NCBI GenBank assembly: GCA_030606485.1 | Contig: JAUWGH010000005.1 | Location: 120,001-152,000, forward strand | From: Promethearchaeota archaeon | GTDB lineage: Archaea; Asgardarchaeota; Lokiarchaeia; Sigyniarchaeales; SOKP01 | Direction of reading: 5' to 3' | DNA: 32,000 bases | Part shown: positions 18,121 through 25,812 of the stretch, in pieces | Layout of the letters: each line of letters opens with the position of its first letter | Position numbering within the stretch: the first letter of the stretch is position 1 | The notes under the pieces: generated by a model | What the model was told of the DNA's origin: nothing | The model's input: the letters and a program-made list of their open reading frames with translations, nothing else | The model's database searches: none | Translations under genes and position numbers: made by a program

Positions 18121-19059
18121 TTACTTTTTTTGAATTTTTGTTACTCTTTTTAATACAAGAGCATCCAAAAAATTGTCTTTAGTAAGGGAACCATTTAAGG
18201 ATATTTTATCTCCTACCTTTAAATATGCATCAATATGCTTTTTTTCGCTGATTCTTGCTTTAATTTCTTCAAACTCTTCTAATTCATTTTCATTAAAATC
18301 TGATTTTTTTTTAATTTGAGGCCCTAACTTACCATTTTTTAGTGTTGCAATATAATATCTAGTAATATTGCCTTGAAAATCGTCCTCTTTAAATTCTAAA
18401 TCTGTGACAGTTCCATCATAAACAGTTGTTCTTGAATTTAAAAATTTTAAAAGTCTTACATCATCAGAAGTTACATCAAAAATCCTTAATTGTTCCATTG
18501 ATTTATCTTTTGATATAGTAGAAATTTGAATATTTTTTATTCGCTTTCCGAAATCTTTAGGTAATTTAGTAGTAGTCCAATTTTTCAAATCAAAAAACCC
18601 TTTTTTTAAGGAAACCATAAATCCAACCCAAAAATGGGGACAAAAACCTCCAGCGGAACCTATTCTACATTCACAAATTCTCTCCGGATCGAAAATATTT
18701 GTGTCTTTAATACTAAGGTACAATTCATTCGTCCACCTAAAGCCCTTAAATTTAATCTCAATTTCATGTTCCCTAGGGTTTATTATCTTAATATTTTGCA
18801 CGGATTCACGTTCATCACCTCTAATGATATTAAATGCTCTATTTATTTCCCTAGAAATAATATTCATCTCTCTTTCTTTTAGTAATTCCGCTACTTCTTC
18901 TTCAGCTAAACTGTCAATTAAAAAATTAGTTAAATCTTCCTTACCAAACTTTGAAAAGCCTTTTATATTAAAAGCTCTACATATTTCTTTTAATTCATCT
19001 TTATTTAAGGATAATAAAAGATATTTTAAATAAACTTCATCAGATATTTTGCGAGACAT
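18121..19059 (-). CDS. HeH/Rho-N(SAP-like) + SWIM zinc finger + OB-fold-like protein
   Basis: N-terminal 'LNKDELKEICRAFNIKGFSKFGKEDL', central SWIM 'CECRIGSAGGFCPH' (CxCx8CxH), and C-terminal OB-like 'GTVTD...RYYIATL...LKVGDKISLNGSL'. Confidence 0.7.
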   Translation of the reverse strand: MSRKISDEVYLKYLLLSLNKDELKEICRAFNIKGFSKFGKEDLTNFLIDSLAEEEVAELLKEREMNIISREINRAFNIIRGDERESVQNIKIINPREHEIEIKFKGFRWTNELYLSIKDTNIFDPERICECRIGSAGGFCPHFWVGFMVSLKKGFFDLKNWTTTKLPKDFGKRIKNIQISTISKDKSMEQLRIFDVTSDDVRLLKFLNSRTTVYDGTVTDLEFKEDDFQGNITRYYIATLKNGKLGPQIKKKSDFNENELEEFEEIKARISEKKHIDAYLKVGDKISLNGSLTKDNFLDALVLKRVTKIQKK

Positions 19060-19113
19060 TTTTGCTATTATTAGATTTTGTTTATATTGATATAATTATT
19101 ATTTTTTTCAATT

Positions 19114-19278
19114 TTAATTTCTTTCTATAAAATGAATGTTAAGATTTTTTTCCCTTGCAAGTTGAATTGCCCCTACATCGTGAACAATAACTGCATCAAT
19201 ATCTAGAGCCGTTGCTTGATCCAATACTTGGGAAAGAACCTCTATTTTATTTTCATAAATAATAACACTACAGCAAAA
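19114..19278 (-). pseudogene. Internal fragment of a peptidase U32 family (RlhA/TrhP/UbiU-like) gene
   Basis: Missing from the ORF track. The frame reads FCCSVIIYENKIEVLSQVLDQATALDIDAVIVHDVGAIQLAREKNLNIHFIERN*, matching the U32 pattern 'N.ii.e.....l.......vDAviv.D.g.i.lare.....H-STQ'. It diverges exactly where STQ is expected, has an upstream in-frame stop at 19314-19312 and no start codon before the homologous part. Confidence 0.75.
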
Positions 19279-19302
19279 ATTAAAAAAGAAAAGGAAAAAA
19301 AG
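19275..19302 (-). terminator. Oligo-T/pyrimidine tract, probable archaeal terminator of the surface-protein gene
   Basis: Minus strand CTTTTTTTCCTTTTCTTTTTTAATTTTT begins 13 nt after the stop of the 19316..21112 gene. Confidence 0.5.
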
Positions 19303-19315
19303 ATTAATTTCTTAT

Positions 19316-21112
19316 TTAAAGTTCAGTACCGCAATTACTACAAAATTTCTCTTTATCACTTATTTTAGTTCCACACATAGGGCAAAAAGAAGTAGTAATT
19401 TCCACTTTTTGAACTTCATCGGGCGTTGCCTCTTGGGGAAATATTTCTCGAGGCTTTTCTGGTATTATTTCCCCTTTTTTTGGGGGTCTACGATGCATTA
19501 TCATAGCAGCTATTATTATTCCAACAGAAAGTGATGCTATAATAGCTACAATAATAAGAATTGGCCAGGGTGACACATATCCTTTTTTGACTGTAACCGA
19601 TTTAGATGCCGTGTTATCAGCATTGTCTCTCGCATATAAGGTGATGATGACATCACCATTCTCTAATTCACTCCATTCTGTTGCATCAATAGTACCATTT
19701 GATATAAAAATATTATTTTCACCTCCATTAAGAGTATACCACATAGTATTTACTCCGCTGCTATCAGTTATCGTAACAACGTAATCAGGTGCAGTTTGAC
19801 CAAATAACTCATTAGGAACAGGTGAATTAATTACAATAGTAGGTGCCTCAATATCTTTTCTAACTATAATCGATTTAGATGCTACATTACTAGCATTGTC
19901 ATTCGCATAGAATCTAATTATAACAGTGCCATTTGGCATATTTCCCCATTCTGTTGAACTAAAAGTACCATTATTTTCAAAAAGGAAATCTGTTCCACTA
20001 TTTAAATCATACCACATAGTATTTACTCCAACGTTATCAGTTATCATAACACTATAATCAGGTGTAGTTTGCCCAAATAAATCATTAGAAACAGGTGAAT
20101 TAATTATAATAGTAGGTGCCTTAACATCACCAATTGTAAAAATTCTTATGTCAGACAAATAATTTATTCCCACCGAATCGTTTCCAAACACTTGAATTGA
20201 ATGTGTGCCACAATCTGGCACAGGAATAGTAGTGTTTCCCATAATTGTAATTTTATCTTGTGTATCTAACGAATAACCAACCCAATTTAATTCTACATTT
20301 GATATAAAATTAAGAAATAATCCTTCTTCAGTGTTGCTTCCAATATTATAGTTCGAATCCCAAGAATATCCGACAGCATCAATATAGAAAGAGTAATCCC
20401 TGTGGGAATACCATGTATTCAATCTAAAAAAACTAAGAGCACTTCTCTTATACCTAAATTTTGCATTATTAGCTTGCAAAACTCCATCAATATACCAATC
20501 AAAAGAATTATTACTGCAATTAAATACAATCTTATGATGATACCATTGGTCTGAATTTACTAATGTGACAGTATGACTAGTTCCGCTTAAATCATCATAT
20601 TGCAATTGATTATAAATTGACCATCTTAAAGTTGGACCATCCCCAATGATCACATGACTTGCAACATACCCACTTGATTGCCGCCACCACCACTCAATTG
20701 TCCCAGATGTCTGTGGTAAAAAATTATTATATATTTTAGAATATCCAGTTCTTTTTTTGTCCCACAATTCTAAAACTTTTTTATGTCCATCAAGCTCAGA
20801 AATAACTTGAGTTCCACATCCATCATGCGAATAATCAGTCCAACCAACAGGCACATTACCATTTTTATCATTTTCAAATCCATAAGTAGATGGGTAATAG
20901 CCGCTCATCGGTTCAGTATAAGTTTTATTTTCTGGTGTAGTTATATTGATATTTTGATTGTTCAGTTTTGGTAAAATTTCTTCCTTAAAATCTGGGTCAA
21001 TATAATTGATTTCAAGATGGACAAATAATATAAGACCGCTTAAGTAAAGAAGAAAAATAACCCCTAAAATTACACACTTATTTTTTAAATTCTTCATATA
21101 ATTTCGCCACAA
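19316..21112 (-). CDS. Single-pass cell-surface protein: N-terminal signal/TM, lectin(ConA/LamG)-like region, Ig-like repeats, TM helix, cytoplasmic double zinc ribbon
   Basis: Hydrophobic N-terminus; 'DQWYHHKIVFNC...FDWYIDG' beta-sandwich; two 91-aa Ig-like repeats; TM 'WPILIIVAIIASLSVGIIIAAMI'; terminal 'CPMCG-x-FCSNCGTEL'. The start is GTG at 21112 or ATG at 21097. Confidence 0.8.
   Translation of the reverse strand: MWRNYMKNLKNKCVILGVIFLLYLSGLILFVHLEINYIDPDFKEEILPKLNNQNINITTPENKTYTEPMSGYYPSTYGFENDKNGNVPVGWTDYSHDGCGTQVISELDGHKKVLELWDKKRTGYSKIYNNFLPQTSGTIEWWWRQSSGYVASHVIIGDGPTLRWSIYNQLQYDDLSGTSHTVTLVNSDQWYHHKIVFNCSNNSFDWYIDGVLQANNAKFRYKRSALSFFRLNTWYSHRDYSFYIDAVGYSWDSNYNIGSNTEEGLFLNFISNVELNWVGYSLDTQDKITIMGNTTIPVPDCGTHSIQVFGNDSVGINYLSDIRIFTIGDVKAPTIIINSPVSNDLFGQTTPDYSVMITDNVGVNTMWYDLNSGTDFLFENNGTFSSTEWGNMPNGTVIIRFYANDNASNVASKSIIVRKDIEAPTIVINSPVPNELFGQTAPDYVVTITDSSGVNTMWYTLNGGENNIFISNGTIDATEWSELENGDVIITLYARDNADNTASKSVTVKKGYVSPWPILIIVAIIASLSVGIIIAAMIMHRRPPKKGEIIPEKPREIFPQEATPDEVQKVEITTSFCPMCGTKISDKEKFCSNCGTEL
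19583..20128 (-). repeat. Two tandem 273-nt (91-aa) diverged intragenic repeats encoding Ig-like domains
   Basis: Units 19856-20128 (DVKAPTIIINSPVSNDLFGQTTPDY...SKSIIVRK) and 19583-19855 (DIEAPTIVINSPVPNELFGQTAPDY...SKSVTVKK) align without gaps. Confidence 0.92.
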
Positions 21113-21279
21113 AATTATTTAGGTTTTTTCTATTATATTAAATAAATTGATATTTAACTCTTAGGTATAAGTAATATTTAATTCTTTGTTCAATTGAATT
21201 TTTTAGATTTCAAAAAGGGATAAAAAAATTTTCTTTTTTATATAATTTGGAAGAGGAAAAAAATGAAATATTTTATAAT

Positions 21280-23043
21280 TTATGGGACTCCAACCCATAT
21301 TGGTCCAACCCACGCAGCATAACCACTGATATCACGAGTTCTAATATAATAGTAATCAAAGCCACCGGTGTTTAATTCTTCTGGGTTAACAGGTTTTAAT
21401 GAATTTTGGTGTATATACCATTTACCATCTTTTTTTTGGATGCAGTTTTCATAGCTGGTACCAGTGATTGTTTTATTGTCTAAAATTGATATTTTAAAGA
21501 ATATATCATTAATTGATTTATTAGAATACCATAATTCTGAATTTTTATAAATCTCAACCTCTGAGATGTTATTGATATTATTTGGGCCGAAAGATACTCC
21601 GTCAGCACAAATAAAGATATTGATTTTTCGATGAGTTTTATTAGATGCAACATTTAAAGTAGAATTATTATCTCCCACTGTAGTTCCATTAATATTAAAT
21701 TCAATATATGGGCGACTCACACCTGTAGTTGCAAAGCAAGTTTTTGTTTTTAATGCTTTAAAAACCGATTTTCTTGTTAAATTAAATGCAAAAATACCTG
21801 TCAAACCGTTTGGGTGAGGATGACCTAATCTATATCCTGCTAATGTGTAAGGATATTGATTATAAGCAGAAGCTTCTGTATGACTAATACTATGCCCAAG
21901 TCGGCCATCATGAGTATCTCCCGAAGCCGTAAACCCAAATCTTCTCCCCATCTTTAGAGCATCTCTCACAGAATATCCTGGTTCGTTAGTGGGAATTTTA
22001 GATACTTCTTCAAAATAAGTATCATTTCCTAAGGTCTCACATGAACCATGAACCGAGTAAATTTCAATTAAAGTATTTATATCCTCGTGATAAAATGCAT
22101 AATCCGATGCATAATCCTTTCTTATTGTATGATGAGTCCATGAGATAAAATCATCATCACTATTTTCTTCAAGGTATTCAAATAACACATCAGGTGTAAG
22201 ATGCGTAAAAGTAGAAAAGAAAGGCATGTTATCTCCCTCAAAATATACGTTTAAATGGCCAAAAACAATATCTGCTCCCCTGACTACATAACGGGGTGTC
22301 CATTCTAAAGCAACAATTGTCACAAATTTTTTTGGTTCATTAAAGCTATTAGTTGTTTGAATGTAATTATCGAAAATATTGAAAATATCAATGTCGCCCA
22401 TTCTTGGGAAGTGTTCACAATGATCTGTTAAGGCTGCAAAATCTAATAATGAAACATCACGAGCAATTTGATATGATTCAACGGGTAAACCAGATCCATC
22501 TGAAAAAAGCGTATGACCGTGAAGATCGCCCCAATATAATTTCAAATACGAATCTCCTTTTGATTTGACTATTATTGGATTACTCCTATATCGATTATGA
22601 TTATTTTTCTCCTCTACTACAACGTAATGAATTCCGGGAGTAGAAATTTTCATGTTAAACGTTTTTTTTCCATTATCAGCGCCAGGTATTATATAAGCAG
22701 GCAAAATGCCACTCCATATAAAATTAGAACTGAATATATAGTCAGCTGGTGATGTATGATCAGAACTGATCCCTTCAAGTGTGGTGAAATTATACGATTC
22801 TATACTAAAGGAGATCTCACCCGTAAAACTCCCTGCTAATCTTTCAAAAATATCCCATGCTTCTACAGTCAAGCTAAATTCTTCATCCTCTTCTACTATT
22901 GAAGGACCATGAATCCATAATGTTACCTTATCATTATTGAACATTACATTGAAGTCAATATATGAATAAGTCCAGAGCCCAAGAGCGAAAATAATAAGAA
23001 AAATTTTCCCAATTAACAACATTTTATCTCTATCCATATTCAT
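21280..23043 (-). CDS. Membrane-anchored PHP-like metallohydrolase (DUF3604 / CehA-McbA type)
   Basis: N-terminal TM; 'WGDLHGHTLFSDG', 'FAALTDH', 'LEWT', 'GHLNVYF', 'HH', 'EIYSVHG', 'FGFTASGDTHDG', 'GLTGIFA..LTRKSVFKAL', and C-terminal 'YYYIR......AWVGPIWV'. Confidence 0.85.
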   Translation of the reverse strand: MNMDRDKMLLIGKIFLIIFALGLWTYSYIDFNVMFNNDKVTLWIHGPSIVEEDEEFSLTVEAWDIFERLAGSFTGEISFSIESYNFTTLEGISSDHTSPADYIFSSNFIWSGILPAYIIPGADNGKKTFNMKISTPGIHYVVVEEKNNHNRYRSNPIIVKSKGDSYLKLYWGDLHGHTLFSDGSGLPVESYQIARDVSLLDFAALTDHCEHFPRMGDIDIFNIFDNYIQTTNSFNEPKKFVTIVALEWTPRYVVRGADIVFGHLNVYFEGDNMPFFSTFTHLTPDVLFEYLEENSDDDFISWTHHTIRKDYASDYAFYHEDINTLIEIYSVHGSCETLGNDTYFEEVSKIPTNEPGYSVRDALKMGRRFGFTASGDTHDGRLGHSISHTEASAYNQYPYTLAGYRLGHPHPNGLTGIFAFNLTRKSVFKALKTKTCFATTGVSRPYIEFNINGTTVGDNNSTLNVASNKTHRKINIFICADGVSFGPNNINNISEVEIYKNSELWYSNKSINDIFFKISILDNKTITGTSYENCIQKKDGKWYIHQNSLKPVNPEELNTGGFDYYYIRTRDISGYAAWVGPIWVGVP

Positions 23044-23084
23044 TTCTACTATAACCTCATATAATTTTTTTTAAAATTCATTAT

Positions 23085-23345
23085 TTAGAGTTTTAAGGCT
23101 GGACCTAAGACTAAAATTTGGATTATTTGAGAAATTATTAAAATAAATCCAGCTATATTTGACTTTTTATTTTTTTGGAATAAAAGAATTGCTGAACAAA
23201 TAAGCCCAAAAGGGAAAACGGTTGGATAAGAAAAGGGTATTCCTATTATAAATATCAAGGCTAAGATAACCTTTCTTCTCTGTGATAAAACAATAGGATG
23301 TGATGTAGGTTCTCGATTCTCATTTACTGAACGATTTTCGATCAT
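23085..23345 (-). CDS. Small hypothetical membrane protein
   Basis: ATG start, 86 aa, two to three hydrophobic segments; co-oriented with and 41 nt upstream of the DUF3604 gene. Confidence 0.6.
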   Translation of the reverse strand: MIENRSVNENREPTSHPIVLSQRRKVILALIFIIGIPFSYPTVFPFGLICSAILLFQKNKKSNIAGFILIISQIIQILVLGPALKL

Positions 23346-23463
23346 AATATAAACATATTTTGAAGAATTTATTTAATAATTTATTTCAATATTCTTTTAA
23401 ATAAATTTAAAACTAATTACTTAATTAATAATAAAATGAATTACCTAAAAGGAAAAAAATAAC

Positions 23464-23913
23464 ATGATTCCATTTAATTTATTACCAGGATTAACCTTTT
23501 TTGAAATTCTAATCTTTGAAATTATTCAAACAATCCTTCATTTTATTGTATTCGAAGGTTTTTTGTATTTAGGACTTTTCCTTCATTATAGGGATAAATC
23601 TCAAATTAATATAAAAAAGATTTTAATAACAGGTTTAATCGTTGAAGTAGTAGAAGGAATTACCGCTTTTTATTCAATATTTTATGTTATTGGAGGAGGC
23701 TTTGCTATAATATCTAATCTCTGTATAACTTATACAGCTGAATTCCTTATTTTATACTTAAGATATTATGAAAAGAATAAACTTTCTGTAAAATGGGTAT
23801 TCATATTATTTTTAATCACATTCCCGCCAGCTTACTTTATAAGCACTTTTTCAACAAATATTATTTTCGGACTATTTGGAATCCCCAATGCTTATTCCAT
23901 TAGTTTTCTTTAG
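23464..23913 (+). CDS. Hypothetical four-TM membrane protein
   Basis: ATG start, 149 aa, four hydrophobic segments containing intramembrane Glu residues; fills the gap upstream of the VIT1 gene. Confidence 0.7.
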   Translation: MIPFNLLPGLTFFEILIFEIIQTILHFIVFEGFLYLGLFLHYRDKSQINIKKILITGLIVEVVEGITAFYSIFYVIGGGFAIISNLCITYTAEFLILYLRYYEKNKLSVKWVFILFLITFPPAYFISTFSTNIIFGLFGIPNAYSISFL

Positions 23914-23983
23914 AAAGAATTATTAAATTACTCCCTTTTAATCTTTCAGTTTATTTTAAATCTATAAATACTTAAGAAAATAT

Positions 23984-24703
23984 TTGATTAGTATGAAAGA
24001 AAAAATTTCTATACGATTCCAAAAGTTATTGTTCTCAGAAAGCGGAGATACCTTTAGGAATTTTATTTTTGGGTTTCAAGACGGTTTGATCTCTACGTAT
24101 GTTTTACTTGCAGGAATTGCAATTCTTGTTTTTTCCAATCCTACTCTATTATTGATCACGTTATTAGCTGAAATAGCAGCAGGTGCTATTTCAATGGGTT
24201 TTGGTGCATTTACTTCAACAAAAACAAAAAATGAATATCTAATTAAATCACCTTCGAATGATAAAAATGAAACACTACGTAAAGAAAAATTTACAAAATT
24301 TTCCCAAAAAATTGGATTAAATAGTAAAGAAATTGAAACTATTGAGAACTCTTTTAGAACAAATCCAGATCTTTGGGAGAAAATAATAAAATTTCAACTT
24401 GAAGATTCTCAAAAAAGAGATCCAGTAAATAATGCAATATATATGGCATGTGCTTTTGTTTTAGGGGGTATTCTGCCAGTAATTCCATATTTTATACCAA
24501 TAGCAACAATTTCCTTTATTATCGCAACTATTTTGTCCTTTTGTGCATTATTCATAGTAGGTATTTTTAGAAGCTTTTTTTCTGAGAAACATTGGCTTAA
24601 ACCTGCGCTGGAAATGATTCTAATTGGTATTTTAGCAACAATTATTATCGAAATATATCTCTATATTATCACCATATACTATGGATTGGTCCTTATATCA
24701 TAG
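23984..24703 (+). CDS. VIT1/CCC1 family iron/manganese transporter
   Basis: TM1 'IFGFQDGLIS', TM2 'AEIAAGAISMGFG' and C-terminal 'AFVLGGILPVIPYF'. The start may be ATG at 23993. Confidence 0.88.
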   Translation: MISMKEKISIRFQKLLFSESGDTFRNFIFGFQDGLISTYVLLAGIAILVFSNPTLLLITLLAEIAAGAISMGFGAFTSTKTKNEYLIKSPSNDKNETLRKEKFTKFSQKIGLNSKEIETIENSFRTNPDLWEKIIKFQLEDSQKRDPVNNAIYMACAFVLGGILPVIPYFIPIATISFIIATILSFCALFIVGIFRSFFSEKHWLKPALEMILIGILATIIIEIYLYIITIYYGLVLIS

Positions 24704-24726
24704 CAATAAATTATTTTATGATCTTT

Positions 24727-25209
24727 TTATTTTTGAAAATACTTGTGAATTTTTCTAGCGAAATCTTCTTGTTTTTTAGTCTCAAGTGAGCATGGTCGTA
24801 ATTTTCTTAACCACTTTATAGGATCCATGCCTTTTGGAATTTGATCATTTTTAGATGCCCACACGATAATCATTTGACCAGTTCTACCACAGCCAGCCAC
24901 ACAGTGCGTAACCATTGCTTCTCCATTTTCACCGTGTTTATCTGTGATCTCAATATATTTCAATATTTGTGATTCAGTTGGTAATCCAAAATCCGGGATA
25001 TTGATTTGATAATAATGAAAATTACCCGGGATATCGTTGCGATTATTAAATTCGCTGCAATTAATAATTACCTTTATACCTTCTCTTTTATAGATTTGAA
25101 AAACTTCTCTATCAGGCCACCAAGAAACCGCCATTTTCCCCTCAATTATCCAATTAAAAGGGTCGGCCCTGTGTTTATTTTCTTCCACTGACCAATACCA
25201 TGGTCGCAA
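24727..25209 (-). CDS. Dual-specificity protein phosphatase (DUSP23 / archaeal PTP-like)
   Basis: P-loop 'HCVAGCGRTG' (CX5R), general-acid loop 'IPDFGLP', N-terminal 'FNWIIEGKMA...P', and C-terminal 'RKLRPCSLET..QE'. TTG start. Confidence 0.92.
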   Translation of the reverse strand: MRPWYWSVEENKHRADPFNWIIEGKMAVSWWPDREVFQIYKREGIKVIINCSEFNNRNDIPGNFHYYQINIPDFGLPTESQILKYIEITDKHGENGEAMVTHCVAGCGRTGQMIIVWASKNDQIPKGMDPIKWLRKLRPCSLETKKQEDFARKIHKYFQK

Positions 25210-25339
25210 TTAAACATCCAATCCTTTTTAAGATTTTATATTTTAAAAGATAAAAAATTTTAATTAATAAAAATATTAAGTTACATAAGAAATTAAATTT
25301 TAATTAAAAAATTAAATTGCGTGGCACGAGCTTACATTA

Positions 25340-25789
25340 ATGCAGAACAATAAAAATTGGACGTTTAAAATTGATTGGCTTAAGATAGTTCAAATGCTTT
25401 CATTAAATTCTATCGAACAAATTCCGGAATATAAAAAACAAAAAGCATTTTCGAAATTAGAAAAAGAATTTGGCTCAGAAAACTTGGCTGAAATGGATCC
25501 TGAGTATTTAGAAGAATTAATTGGCGTTGAACTTCGAAAATTAATGCAGAAAGAATTATTTGATATTAAAAAAAAGGAAAAAGAACTTAGAAAGAAAAGT
25601 AGAATAATTCCTCTAAAACACGGAGGTATAATTAAAATTGACGCCTCTGATTTTAAAGATCTGAAAAATATGGAAGGAGATATTCAGGATATGTTAAAAG
25701 GATTTCTTGATAAATACTTCAATCAAGAAGATGATGAATCAGATCCAGGAGAGGATTCCGGAGAAGATTCTACTGGTTATTATATCTAA
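25340..25789 (+). CDS. Hypothetical helical protein with an acidic C-terminal tail ending TGYYI
   Basis: ATG start, 149 aa; charged helical core and tail 'QEDDESDPGEDSGEDSTGYYI*'. Confidence 0.75.
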   Translation: MQNNKNWTFKIDWLKIVQMLSLNSIEQIPEYKKQKAFSKLEKEFGSENLAEMDPEYLEELIGVELRKLMQKELFDIKKKEKELRKKSRIIPLKHGGIIKIDASDFKDLKNMEGDIQDMLKGFLDKYFNQEDDESDPGEDSGEDSTGYYI

Positions 25790-25812
25790 ATTTTAATGAA
25801 ATCTTCTTTCAA

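Noticed and set aside
25748-25771. Short tandem repeat GGAGAGGATTCC/GGAGAAGATTCT
   Set aside because: It is only a 12-nt two-copy duplication encoding GEDS-GEDS in the acidic tail, already covered by the HbYX finding.
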